Virus record (IMG/VR): IMGVR_UViG_3300045303_000172
Span: 14,289-78,288 of that record
Strand: one strand, 5' to 3'
DNA: 64,000 nt
From: a virus
Below are positions 27,567-37,242 of this stretch, in pieces. The translations under genes and the position numbers were made by a program. Each line of letters starts with the position of its first letter. Positions within the stretch are counted from its first letter, which is position 1. A model generated the notes under the pieces. That model ran no database searches. It worked only from the letters and a program-made list of their open reading frames with translations, and was not told the DNA's origin.

Positions 27567-29297
27567 TTAGGCCGTGTAAGTGATGCTGGAGAAGTTCTCC
27601 GTCCAATCGCTGTTGAGCGGGCACTCTACGATCATCGTCTGAATCTCGCTCGTCGCGGTCGTCCGAATCGTCGGGTTCTCCATGACGCAGGCGAAACTGG
27701 CGTCCAATTTGGCCAACTGTTCGATTTGTCCAGTCTCATACACCTTGCGGTTGGACCCGAGCACGGCGGGATAAATCGAGCCGCCCTTGCCGATGTCCAA
27801 GGCGAGCAGGAAGCGCCCGCGCGAGGATTGCTGGCCGGTCGATAGGTTGGTGAACGTGTTCAGCAGGTCGTCGAAGAACTCGTGCGTGATGATGTTCACA
27901 GTGACGCCCAGCGGGCGATAGAGACGGAAGCTTCTCCATTGGAAACCCCATTCGTTCTGTCCTTCACTCATCGTGTACGGCATCGCGTGTTGGCCGGAAT
28001 CGCCAGCGACATTGATGCGGACGATATCGCCCAGCTTGCCCTTCGAGTAAGCGATGAACGCCACCATGAACTGATCGCTCGTGATGGAATCGCAGTAAAC
28101 GTCGATGCTGCGCGACGGGCGCCCTTGCGAGGTGCGCGCGCGGTAAACGTCGTAAATCCGTTCCTCGGCCCATGTCCGAATGTTGAGCGCCTGGCCCTGC
28201 AAATCGTTCACCCGGTTGCACGCCTGCATCTGCGGGTAAATGCCGATCATGTTCGCCCGGTAAGCCTGGAGCAGTCCGCCCGTTCCCGGGTCGATGGAAG
28301 CACCGCTCAAACTGAGAATCTGCGGCAAGCTGGTCCAGAACGGCGAACCTTCCAACCGTTGCGCGAGCGCGTAGGGACGCCCGAAGAACCACGTGTTGAC
28401 CATCTGTTTCTGGTCGTTCAATTCGTCCTGGCGATTGCGTTCGGCGAGTGGGATATCCTGGAACTGCGCGAACCACTCGTTGTCTTCCATGAGTTTCTGA
28501 AAAACTTCCATGTAACTCGAATCGACCCGGCGCATCCGCCGGCGGGGTTGGTACCAATAGGGGACGAACTTGGTCGGGTTAACGTTGACTGGGTTGTAGC
28601 AGTACTTCTCGACGTCGTTGATGTTGTTCACGCCGACGAGGACAACGCCAGTTACCGGCGTCTCGTCTACCGTGGTCGTGTCGGAGCTGTTCAAGTCGTA
28701 GAGCCCGATGTCCACGTAATCGCCGCCACTGGAAACGACAGCTTCGACGACGCCCCACTGGCCCATGAGCGAGCTGCCTCCGCCCGACAGGTTCAAAATG
28801 TAAATCTGATGCTTCGGCAGGAAATACTTGGCATCGAGCGGCACGCCGTAGCCTGCGACCACGCGGATAACGCGGTCCACACCGCTGACAGTGCTCAAGG
28901 GCCCGGTGGTGCCTGGCGTGTAAGAGCCAGCGGCAAAGCCTGTAACGATCACCCAGTAGTCCTGGTTCACGACCGACATCTGCCGGCCCATGATGAACGG
29001 CTGGATGAGGGAAGAACCTTTGTCGCGTTTGACGGTTTGGAGCAGTTTGCCCATGCCGGGCCGGTTGCTCGACATGATCCAGTCGTAAAGACCGAACCGG
29101 CGCACGCCGCATGCGGCCATTTCAAACTGGGTCCGCAGCATGGCCGTCATTTCGTGCCACTGCGTACCGTCGGTGAAGAGGGCTTTGACCTGAGTCGGCG
29201 TCAGCCCTTTGATCGTGGATTTCGTGAGGGACCCCGTGGTGTCATAGTTGTTGGTGATGGCTATGTCACACGCGGCCGCAAAAGGAGTAGCTGGCAT
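27567..29297 (-). CDS. major capsid protein (putative)
   Basis: 576 aa; position after portal and scaffold and before a terminator; strongly biased codon use. Confidence 0.7.
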   Translation of the reverse strand: MPATPFAAACDIAITNNYDTTGSLTKSTIKGLTPTQVKALFTDGTQWHEMTAMLRTQFEMAACGVRRFGLYDWIMSSNRPGMGKLLQTVKRDKGSSLIQPFIMGRQMSVVNQDYWVIVTGFAAGSYTPGTTGPLSTVSGVDRVIRVVAGYGVPLDAKYFLPKHQIYILNLSGGGSSLMGQWGVVEAVVSSGGDYVDIGLYDLNSSDTTTVDETPVTGVVLVGVNNINDVEKYCYNPVNVNPTKFVPYWYQPRRRMRRVDSSYMEVFQKLMEDNEWFAQFQDIPLAERNRQDELNDQKQMVNTWFFGRPYALAQRLEGSPFWTSLPQILSLSGASIDPGTGGLLQAYRANMIGIYPQMQACNRVNDLQGQALNIRTWAEERIYDVYRARTSQGRPSRSIDVYCDSITSDQFMVAFIAYSKGKLGDIVRINVAGDSGQHAMPYTMSEGQNEWGFQWRSFRLYRPLGVTVNIITHEFFDDLLNTFTNLSTGQQSSRGRFLLALDIGKGGSIYPAVLGSNRKVYETGQIEQLAKLDASFACVMENPTIRTTATSEIQTMIVECPLNSDWTENFSSITYTA

Positions 29298-29368
29298 ATT
29301 GCTCGACTGGCCTCAGCTACCGCCCCAACGATAGGGACGCTCAAGCAGCATTGGCCTTTCGAGCAATT

Positions 29369-30727
29369 CTAAGTGGCGAACAAGGACTCAGTTATCTTTT
29401 TCGCATCCGAAGGGTTGATGATGGCATCCGCTCCGCCACGGGTGCCGTCACTTGCGCCACCCGAAGTGTTCGGAAACTCCTTTTTACCCTTGTCCTTCGG
29501 CGGTTCCTTGGTCTTTTCCTCTTTCGGCTTTGGCGTCCCATTTCCTGCCGGATCGGCTGCGGGTTTGCCTGCTTTTGAGCGATACAAGGTCAAATCTTCC
29601 CTGGCTTTAGCAGAAAAATCGCGCACGAGCAGCGCCCGGACGGCGTTTGGCTCCATCCAGATCGTCCAGTGCTTGGACTTCTGTTCGGGCGTCATTTTGT
29701 TGAACTCTTCGATGGGCGCGAGCACGCGGCCATTGGACAGGCGATCCTTTTCCGGGAGCGCCAACAACTCATTCTCGTACCCGTAGATCGTTTGCATCAG
29801 GGTAACGTGCAGCGGGTTATTGTCGCTGAATTGGTAGTTCAAGCCTGGCGTGAATGCTTTAGTCAGTTCCGCCGTCATTGCCGCCAGCGCCGGGACATAC
29901 GGCCGGATGGCCGCATCAGCCAGCGGGTCTTCCTCGCGCAGTTTCTTAGGCTCGATCTTCGCCAGTTCGCCGTCCGTCTCTTTCAAAAGCTCCTTGGTCA
30001 CATCGTCCTGGTGATTGGCCAGCTTGGCTGTGACGGCTTTAACGGCTTCGGCGTGCATCCGTTTGGCCTCGCCGTGCGACAGAACCTTCTCGGCTTCCTG
30101 CCGTGCTTCCAGCCGGTTCTGGGCGCGGTCGAAAGCGGCTTGGTCGGCCTCGGTCTGAATCGGGTCGTTGGCCTTGTAAAAGTCGGCGTGCGCTTCGTTG
30201 GTCGGGTCGTAGGATTCACCGGGGTTGGCCTTCTCCCAACGCTCGCGGTAATTCTTCTCGGCGGGAATGAAAGCGTCGAACCGTTTCAGCAGCCGGCCGA
30301 ACTCCGGTTGTTCCTGCGCCATGAACGCGAGCACGTCCCGGTTGCGCTGGTCATCAGCAGAAAGCTCTGGCTCCTTGGTCGCCTCCGCCTTGGCTGGTTT
30401 CATCCGGTCAGCCACGCGATCGGCAATCTCGTCAGCCGTCGGGGTCTTGGCTGGCTTCGCGGGTGCGGCGGCAGCAGCTTCCGCGGCTTTCTTGTCCGCT
30501 TCCACTTTGTCCGCAGCGGCTTTGTCGTCGGCAGCTTTCTTATCGGCAGCCGCCTTGGTTTCCTCGGCGGCTTTGGCAGCGGCTTCGGCATCAGCCTTTT
30601 CTTTGGCCTTTTCCTCGTCGGTCTTGGTGGGTGCGCCGAAAAGAACTTCGCTCGCTTTGGAGGCGAGCTCGTTAATTTCCTTCTCTGTCAGTTGGTCTTC
30701 TTTGGGTTCTGCGGTGGCTGTGGCCAT
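29369..30727 (-). CDS. capsid scaffolding protein (putative)
   Basis: K/E/A-rich helical protein between portal and capsid. Confidence 0.65.
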   Translation of the reverse strand: MATATAEPKEDQLTEKEINELASKASEVLFGAPTKTDEEKAKEKADAEAAAKAAEETKAAADKKAADDKAAADKVEADKKAAEAAAAAPAKPAKTPTADEIADRVADRMKPAKAEATKEPELSADDQRNRDVLAFMAQEQPEFGRLLKRFDAFIPAEKNYRERWEKANPGESYDPTNEAHADFYKANDPIQTEADQAAFDRAQNRLEARQEAEKVLSHGEAKRMHAEAVKAVTAKLANHQDDVTKELLKETDGELAKIEPKKLREEDPLADAAIRPYVPALAAMTAELTKAFTPGLNYQFSDNNPLHVTLMQTIYGYENELLALPEKDRLSNGRVLAPIEEFNKMTPEQKSKHWTIWMEPNAVRALLVRDFSAKAREDLTLYRSKAGKPAADPAGNGTPKPKEEKTKEPPKDKGKKEFPNTSGGASDGTRGGADAIINPSDAKKITESLFAT

Positions 30728-30733
30728 AGGGTG

Positions 30734-31054
30734 CTACGTGATTTCTGCAATTTTGGGTGGTGGTTCCAGTGAAATGGTAGCGTCGATCAAATTCCCGGCT
30801 CCTGCGTGGAATTGGTCGAAGACGGCGAGCGCGTGAACGTAGACCAACGCTTCCCCGGCTTGTTCGATGGCGTCCTGGTCCTGGCGGTTCTTCTCCCCCT
30901 TCGATTCGATGAAGTTCTGCCCAACCTTGGCCTGCAGGTCCGCAAGGTTGCTGACCAAGACACGGCGGTAAAGTTCGGCAGCTTCGCCGGTGAGCCAGTT
31001 CTGGATCTTGAGAACCTGCTCTCTGGTGAGTGGGGTAAGAGTGACGTGGATCAA
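30734..31054 (-). CDS. small helical protein following the portal
   Basis: Coupled ORF at a typical position. Confidence 0.6.
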   Translation of the reverse strand: MIHVTLTPLTREQVLKIQNWLTGEAAELYRRVLVSNLADLQAKVGQNFIESKGEKNRQDQDAIEQAGEALVYVHALAVFDQFHAGAGNLIDATISLEPPPKIAEIT

Positions 31055-33432
31055 GGTGCGGCTGGCCCTCCGATAGTGAGCGTCGGCTGGCCGGGTGTGG
31101 TGGTCGTGGTGGGTGTCGGCAAAAGGGCTTTCGGCTGCTGCGCCATCAGTTCGAGGATCTTGGCAACCTGCTTATCGTTCTTCTCGCCCAGTTTCATCGC
31201 CTGCTTGACGGCGTCGGCCAGCGGTTTGATTTCCGCGCCGACTTCCTTCATCAATTCCTGCTGATTCTGTTTCACGAACTGCTGAACCTGCTGGCTCAAC
31301 TGTTTGAACTGCTCAGCCATCATCTGTTGCTGTTGTTCAGGCGGGACCTGGGGCGGCATCGGGCGCAGTTTGAAATCCTTCGGCAATCCCATTTGCTCGA
31401 GCACTTCATTGACGAGCATGATGGATTGCTCGGGTCCGATGGTCTGGGCGATCATTGGATTTTGGAGCGCCGTAGTAAGCATCTGGAGCATGGCCGTGGC
31501 AACTGTCGTGTCGTTGGTGCGCTGTTCGCCGTCGCGCGTGGACGAGAAGTATTCGATTTGCAGGGCGCTCAGGTTGCCTTTAACCAAGTGCTTATCGCCG
31601 TGCCGCGTGGCTTTGTGTTCGACGGTGAACCCGAGCATGGAGAGCAATTCCGGTGTGTAAACCGGATCCTGGCTGAGTTGGGCGTAGGTTTCCTCGGCGC
31701 CAAAGGCCATCAGGTAGGTGTAAAGTTGGTGTTTCCACCCGTCCCACGCACGATCGACCATGCCTGCCGTGTACTCAAGCCTGCTGGAACTGGACGCCTG
31801 CACGCCAATGATCTCTTGCTTGCTCTGTTCGTGCGTGGCTTGCCCCGCGATCTCCTGGGCGGACATGACGAGCGCACGCTCCAGAATCCCGAGCACGGCG
31901 TTGATGGCGTTGAATAGGGCGGGCACGTCGAGTTGCGGGAATCGGACGGAACCGAAGGCGTAGCGCACGTCCTGTTGCGCTGCCCGTGTCTTGCGTCCGC
32001 TGAACCGGAAGAAATTGAGCTTGCGAAACCAGCCTTCCCCGGTGTTCTCCAGTTTCTTGATGGATTCCTCGTCCAGAATGTCCGAGTCCACGAACGTCAG
32101 ATTGGCGAGGTTCTGTTTCACGCTCAGGAGCGCCTGGGTCAGCAGGTTGCTCACCTGGTCTTGGAACGGGAGCACTTCGAGCGCGAGCGATGAATTGAGG
32201 TAACGGGCTTCGTCCGGGTCGTAGCCCCAGTAGGTCGCCGGGGTGCCTGGCAGTGGTGAGCAATAGAGAATCGTGCCATCGCCGCCCGTGACGAATCGGA
32301 ACCAGACATTGTGATCGTAGTCACCGAGCCCGTCGCGTTTCGGGTTCAGTAGTTCAAAGTGTTCGGTGAGGACAACGGCGGAGTCATCGAAGTCGCTCGT
32401 GTAAAAGCGATTCCTTAGATTGTCTTCGCGGTCGAGGCTTTGCCATGCGGCCGTGCAAGATTGCGGGAATTGCAGCGTGCAAGAGCCGTAGACGGTGTTG
32501 AAGAACACGGCTTGGTCACGGCGCAGGTCCACGTTGTTGAACACGATCTTGTCCGTGTTCCAAAGGTGCATGTTCAGGCGGACGTCGCGGAAACGGTGAA
32601 CGCGCCAGTAACCGCAAAATTCCATGCCGGTGTTCGTGTTCAAGCTGGAAAGCGGGTGCGCCTGGTCCCAATAAGTGCGCGATGGGTGCGGCAAATGGTA
32701 ACGGAGCCCTTCCCGGCTGAGGACGGTTTCGAATTCTTCTTCGCTGCCGCCCTTGAACTGCTCCTGTTCGTCCTTCCACCATTCTTCTTGGATGAACATC
32801 AGTTGCGCTCCGTAGAGCAGCATTCGCAGGATGGCCTGGCGCCCGATGTCTGGGTAGCCCATCTGCGTTGACATGACCTGAATCCGGTCGGTGATGATCT
32901 CGCATCTAGCCCGGTTGATGGCCGTCGAGCGGACGGGTTCATATTTGAAATACGGGACCAACGCACGGTCGCCGGTCAGCTTGGCAGCACGGATGAGGAC
33001 GTAGGCGCGGACCAGCGGGATGAAGACGTTGAAGAAGGTCGGCACCGAGAATTTCTTTTTGCCGGTCGGTTTGCCGGTTTTCTCGTCGATGTCGTCCTGG
33101 ATCAGATGCGTGTAACCCCATTCGGTCGCTGCGTTGAGCACGCTCTCGTCAAACTTGTGCTCAGCCAACGACTGCATGAGCGTCGGGGACACCTGCTTGA
33201 ATGGCACGTCCCAGGCTTGGTCGATGGCATGGAAAATTTTGTAAGTTCTGAAATTATTGAGAATGCCATCTTGGACGCGCGTGCGTACGCGGTACGCCAG
33301 TCTTGTGATATCGTCGGACGCGATGCCGACGAGTGCTCCCGAGAAGGGGTATTGAACGCCTTCAAACTTTTTCCGCAACGACTCGTCAGTGATACCTTTC
33401 GCCGCGAGAACTTTGAGGGAGACGAGCCCCAT
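31051..33432 (-). CDS. portal protein (putative)
   Basis: 793 aa; LLYG, HPSRTYWD, PFQDQVSNLLTQ motifs and Q-rich C-terminal barrel typical of P22-like portals. Confidence 0.75.
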   Translation of the reverse strand: MGLVSLKVLAAKGITDESLRKKFEGVQYPFSGALVGIASDDITRLAYRVRTRVQDGILNNFRTYKIFHAIDQAWDVPFKQVSPTLMQSLAEHKFDESVLNAATEWGYTHLIQDDIDEKTGKPTGKKKFSVPTFFNVFIPLVRAYVLIRAAKLTGDRALVPYFKYEPVRSTAINRARCEIITDRIQVMSTQMGYPDIGRQAILRMLLYGAQLMFIQEEWWKDEQEQFKGGSEEEFETVLSREGLRYHLPHPSRTYWDQAHPLSSLNTNTGMEFCGYWRVHRFRDVRLNMHLWNTDKIVFNNVDLRRDQAVFFNTVYGSCTLQFPQSCTAAWQSLDREDNLRNRFYTSDFDDSAVVLTEHFELLNPKRDGLGDYDHNVWFRFVTGGDGTILYCSPLPGTPATYWGYDPDEARYLNSSLALEVLPFQDQVSNLLTQALLSVKQNLANLTFVDSDILDEESIKKLENTGEGWFRKLNFFRFSGRKTRAAQQDVRYAFGSVRFPQLDVPALFNAINAVLGILERALVMSAQEIAGQATHEQSKQEIIGVQASSSSRLEYTAGMVDRAWDGWKHQLYTYLMAFGAEETYAQLSQDPVYTPELLSMLGFTVEHKATRHGDKHLVKGNLSALQIEYFSSTRDGEQRTNDTTVATAMLQMLTTALQNPMIAQTIGPEQSIMLVNEVLEQMGLPKDFKLRPMPPQVPPEQQQQMMAEQFKQLSQQVQQFVKQNQQELMKEVGAEIKPLADAVKQAMKLGEKNDKQVAKILELMAQQPKALLPTPTTTTTPGQPTLTIGGPAAP

Positions 33433-33433
33433 A

Positions 33434-33700
33434 TCAACGGCGCTTGAGCAGCATTTTCACTGGGCCTGGGAGTGCAGGTTGTTCTTCGGGACCGACCGGC
33501 TCGCCGGATTGACCTTCGACCACGCCGCCGCCTTCGCTCTCACCAGGGCCTTCGGCATACTTGTCGGAGGTCGCGGTGTCGATATCAACCTGAACGGTCG
33601 AACCGTCGTTGCTGAGAACAGTCGCCGAGAGAGTGACCTTTTCGTCGGGCTTACAGTCCTTTAGTTGCTCCGAAAGATCCGAATCCAGATCAAGTTGCAT
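33434..33700 (-). CDS. small acidic protein at the head of the structural operon
   Basis: ORF abutting the portal start. Confidence 0.6.
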   Translation of the reverse strand: MQLDLDSDLSEQLKDCKPDEKVTLSATVLSNDGSTVQVDIDTATSDKYAEGPGESEGGGVVEGQSGEPVGPEEQPALPGPVKMLLKRR

Positions 33701-33908
33701 AAATGCCAGTAGTTAACGATATCGTTGGCCGTTGATGGCACCTTACTCCCTAAGAAACTGCTGGCAAACCAATTCGGCGATGGTAGAGTGTGGACGCATT
33801 GCTAGCTCTGAACACAACTTTTTAACATCTTCCGCCCGCCCGGCGTCGGACTTCATTCGGAGGTTTGGCAATGCAACCGGGCGCGGCGGGGGTTTTTGAA
33901 AGCGCGGA

Positions 33909-35063
33909 ATGAATGAGCGCACTTGCCTCGATATCTTCACCGGCCTTGGCTGTTTCTCAATCGCAGCTCACGCTTGCGGAGTCCGAACAATCGCTATGTG
34001 CGAATCAGATCCCGCCCGCCGAAACTTCCTCAAAGCAAACTGGCCCTGCCCGGTCGAGGAAGACGCGAACACGTTCGACGCAACCCGCTACCGAGGTGTC
34101 TGGGGAGTTTTCGGAGGTCCACCGTGCCAGCCAAGCAGTCTTGCCGGGAAGCGACTTGGCCCGAAAGATGACCGCTGGCTCTGGCCTCAAGCTCTGCGAA
34201 TTGTTGACGAAGCAGAGCCCGCTTTCGTCCTGTTTGAAAATCCTCTTGGGTTCAACGGAGTGGGCCTCGACGGAGTGCTTGCTGAGCTGGAAAGCAAAGG
34301 CTACGAGTGCCGGACGCTCAATATTCCAGCTTGCGCCGTCGATTCCCCGCAACGACGGGAGCGGCTCTGGATTATGGGGCACTCCCCGGACCGTGCGCGG
34401 CGGGTATTGTTCGGGCAAGGCCGGCGAGAAGATTCTCACAATGGAAGGCCAGTTGAAGGTGGGGCTGTGGGCGACTGCCAGAGCGGAAGACTCGCAGCAA
34501 ACGGGAGGCCACCGGGGAGTGGCGGACACGCTCACGAGCCAAGCCAGGATCGGGGTGTGGCCGACCCCAACCAAGAGCGATTCGAATGGAGCCTGCAACC
34601 GGACCGACAAACCGAACAAGGACGGCCTGAGGCTCACCAGTGTTGCCAAGGCGGCAATGTGGCCAACACCGCAAGTCTGCCAAGCTCCGAACATGAGCAA
34701 GAATCGCGGGAAGGATTGGGGCGGCGAGCGGGAGAGGATCACACCGCAGTCGATCAAGGGATTGTGGCCGACAGCCACGAGCCGGGATTGGCGCAGCGGC
34801 AAAGCGAGCGACGAGACAATGGCCAAGAATGCGCGGCCATTATCGGAAGTCCTGGAGCGGGCCTTTGGTCCGACTGCGCCTGGATCGAATGTGGAGACGG
34901 TAAATTCCGGCGCTCCAAACCCGGAGTTTGTGGCTTGGTTGATGGGCCTTCCGTGGGACTACTTGAAGCTCCGGGAAACGCAATCGTCTGGCCAATTGCC
35001 GCTACTCTGATACGGGCGATGATCCAAGCAGAGAAAAACGACGTGACGGCGGGAGGGGGATGA
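33909..35063 (+). CDS. DNA (cytosine-5) methyltransferase, alpha polypeptide
   Basis: Motif I DIFTGLG, IV GGPPCQP, VI FENP, VIII QRRERLW, X GNAIV; no motif IX in this frame. Confidence 0.9.
   Translation: MNERTCLDIFTGLGCFSIAAHACGVRTIAMCESDPARRNFLKANWPCPVEEDANTFDATRYRGVWGVFGGPPCQPSSLAGKRLGPKDDRWLWPQALRIVDEAEPAFVLFENPLGFNGVGLDGVLAELESKGYECRTLNIPACAVDSPQRRERLWIMGHSPDRARRVLFGQGRREDSHNGRPVEGGAVGDCQSGRLAANGRPPGSGGHAHEPSQDRGVADPNQERFEWSLQPDRQTEQGRPEAHQCCQGGNVANTASLPSSEHEQESREGLGRRAGEDHTAVDQGIVADSHEPGLAQRQSERRDNGQECAAIIGSPGAGLWSDCAWIECGDGKFRRSKPGVCGLVDGPSVGLLEAPGNAIVWPIAATLIRAMIQAEKNDVTAGGG
33913..35010 (+). CDS. overlapping +1-frame ORF, putative methyltransferase beta polypeptide
   Basis: 365 stop-free codons; five W-x-T-[PA] repeats; motif IX-like NPEFVAWLMGLP. 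Confidence 0.75.
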   Translation: MSALASISSPALAVSQSQLTLAESEQSLCANQIPPAETSSKQTGPARSRKTRTRSTQPATEVSGEFSEVHRASQAVLPGSDLARKMTAGSGLKLCELLTKQSPLSSCLKILLGSTEWASTECLLSWKAKATSAGRSIFQLAPSIPRNDGSGSGLWGTPRTVRGGYCSGKAGEKILTMEGQLKVGLWATARAEDSQQTGGHRGVADTLTSQARIGVWPTPTKSDSNGACNRTDKPNKDGLRLTSVAKAAMWPTPQVCQAPNMSKNRGKDWGGERERITPQSIKGLWPTATSRDWRSGKASDETMAKNARPLSEVLERAFGPTAPGSNVETVNSGAPNPEFVAWLMGLPWDYLKLRETQSSGQLPLL

Positions 35064-35222
35064 AAAGAAAACCGAAACTGTTTCTTGGCTTGGAAGAATC
35101 AAACCTGCATCTTTTTGTGAGCCGCTGCTGTGGCGCTGGCCTTTCGGTTGAACCCCTCTGCCGAATCGCCTGCGGACGGTGCGGTAAAACCGTGAGACGC
35201 GCTCGATACGTCGGCCCTGCCT

Positions 35223-36770
35223 ATGCCAGTTAATCCAGCAACCGGACTGTGGTCCCCTCGACTCGGACCAACTCAGCAGAAAGTTTTTGATTGCTCGAAG
35301 AGGTTTATCCTGTCGAGCGGTCCACGGCTATCCACGAAAACTTTTTCGAGTTTGGAAAAGATACTCAAGCACCTTTGGGAAGTTGACCCAGCTAGAGTTG
35401 CGATCTTCGTAAAAACAAGGGGAACTGCCCTTTCTGGTGTTTGGCCAAAGCTAGTTGGTGATCGGATCGGTGTCATAAACGAATGGCTGGAGGCAGATTT
35501 GCAATCTGATTACGGGCGGTTCAAATACTCGGTTAGACCCCGGGAACGTGGCTCGATTCGGATGGACTATTTCAAAATTGAGAACCGCTGGGGTGGCCAA
35601 AGTGAGTGCCAATTACATTCGCTGAAATTTGACGGAGACGTGGAAGATAAGCTTCTTTCAACGGAATACACTTGCATCTATTTTGTCGAGCTTCAAAACT
35701 TCGACGACCCAAATGTTTTCTACATAAGTGAGGAACAGTTGCGTATGGACGGTGTGCCCTACGACCAGTTTCTTTGGATAAGTGACACCAACCCGCCGCG
35801 CAACGCACTTAGCCACTTTGCTTTCAAAATCTGGTACGAGCAAAGAACGGCTCGTCCGCCCGAGGGAGTAACAGCTATCGAAATTGAAGAATTCTACGCC
35901 TTCCAGCAGCAGCTTGCTCTCTTTGAATTTACACTTGATGACGCGGAAGGCTTCGTCGATCCGCGCATGATTGCGAAGATAAAAAGCAAATATCGCAATG
36001 ACCCCGAAGCCTGGGACCGTTTCGTCCTCGGCAAATGGACGAAAACTCGCGGGCACGGTGACAAACACTTCTCCTCCCTGTTCCGTCCCAACATCCACGT
36101 CGTCGGCAACATCAACTTCATGGACAAGAGCGACTGGGAATACATCGTGCCCGACCCTTCGATCAACCGGCTTTACGGCGGCTGGGACTTGGGCAAGGTG
36201 AACCACGCTTGCGTGTTCGCTCAAAAGAAACTCACAGAGGACGGCAAAACCCGATGGGAAGTGCTCGACGAACTAGTTGTGCTCGCGGACAAAGTGAAAG
36301 TCGCGGAGTTCACCAAGGAAGCGATGGAGAAACGCGCGGCCCTGGAGAAGATCATCGGCCACGATGTTCAATGGACCGACTGGACCGACACTTCGGCCTT
36401 CGAAGAGTATCGCGGCGGCACCGACGAGATCGACGCCGACATCGTGGAGTTCGTCTCCGCTGGCTCGATCAACTTCCAAGCAGCCACTCAGGCCAAGCGC
36501 CCCGGGTCCGTCCGCAAGCGGGTCGAGAAGATCAAAGACCTGCTCACGGAGAACCGCATTTACGTCTCCGCCAACTGCACTTCGCTGATTGAGATGTTCA
36601 AGGAGTTGCGGAAGGGCGCGAACGAAGTGACCTACGTCGCGCGCGGGCAGGCCGAGAAACACATCTTCGACGCCTTCAGCTACATGATCTACATGGAGAC
36701 GCTCGAAGACCTTGAAGAAGCGATCGTCACGGCCCCTCAGGTCGGTAGGAGGTTCGTGAGTGTTGGTTAA
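35223..36770 (+). CDS. terL: terminase large subunit
   Basis: Walker A variant SGPRLSTKT, Walker B IYFVE, motif III DTNP, LGKW, nuclease GWDLG and HIFDAFSY. Confidence 0.85.
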   Translation: MPVNPATGLWSPRLGPTQQKVFDCSKRFILSSGPRLSTKTFSSLEKILKHLWEVDPARVAIFVKTRGTALSGVWPKLVGDRIGVINEWLEADLQSDYGRFKYSVRPRERGSIRMDYFKIENRWGGQSECQLHSLKFDGDVEDKLLSTEYTCIYFVELQNFDDPNVFYISEEQLRMDGVPYDQFLWISDTNPPRNALSHFAFKIWYEQRTARPPEGVTAIEIEEFYAFQQQLALFEFTLDDAEGFVDPRMIAKIKSKYRNDPEAWDRFVLGKWTKTRGHGDKHFSSLFRPNIHVVGNINFMDKSDWEYIVPDPSINRLYGGWDLGKVNHACVFAQKKLTEDGKTRWEVLDELVVLADKVKVAEFTKEAMEKRAALEKIIGHDVQWTDWTDTSAFEEYRGGTDEIDADIVEFVSAGSINFQAATQAKRPGSVRKRVEKIKDLLTENRIYVSANCTSLIEMFKELRKGANEVTYVARGQAEKHIFDAFSYMIYMETLEDLEEAIVTAPQVGRRFVSVG

Positions 36771-37237
36771 AGAGCCAACTTCCCGCCTTTCTTCATCTGG
36801 ATGGATCTGAATTCCTTGAATATTTTATCTGCCTGCGGTGCGAATTCTGGAGGCATTCCTTTCCTGCAACATGCTGGCGAGAGGCTTCTTCTGAGCGCAT
36901 CCATCTTCAGGCAAAGCTCAATATGGCGTCGCTTTCCTTGAACAAATGGGAGCACTAACCTCAGAAATCTAAGGCATTCCTGCTGGCACAGGCGAAGCCT
37001 GAAATATGGCATTCTTCTCCCTGACGATTGGCATGAAACTCGTTTAGCCTCTGGAAGCAGGCTGTTAACGAAGTCGATGGTTTTTCTGTCGGTCATGGCA
37101 AGCTCGAACCTTATTACGTAACTTGGGCTCACTCTTCTTGCTTCCATTGTCCGCTGAATACCTACATGGCACTCCGCATCGACCATTGCGGCAAGATACC
37201 CAACTTGCCATTGTTTTAATGTTGGGGTATAGCGCAT
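36767..37237 (-). CDS. free-standing LAGLIDADG homing endonuclease-like protein
   Basis: GYLAAMVDAECHVGI...LAMTD...FLRLVLPFVQGK. Confidence 0.8.
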   Translation of the reverse strand: MRYTPTLKQWQVGYLAAMVDAECHVGIQRTMEARRVSPSYVIRFELAMTDRKTIDFVNSLLPEAKRVSCQSSGRRMPYFRLRLCQQECLRFLRLVLPFVQGKRRHIELCLKMDALRRSLSPACCRKGMPPEFAPQADKIFKEFRSIQMKKGGKLAL

Positions 37238-37242
37238 ACACA

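Noticed and set aside
27882-30836. Long plus-strand ORFs (496, 367, 189 aa) opposite capsid and scaffold
   Set aside because: Antisense shadows expected from biased high-GC codon use; no motifs
34005-34826. Third, antisense ORF over the dual-frame methyltransferase
   Set aside because: No recognisable motifs; probably a by-product of the constrained sequence
35223-37237. Intron or intein in terL carrying the LAGLIDADG gene
   Set aside because: terL is continuous, and the endonuclease lies after its stop on the opposite strand
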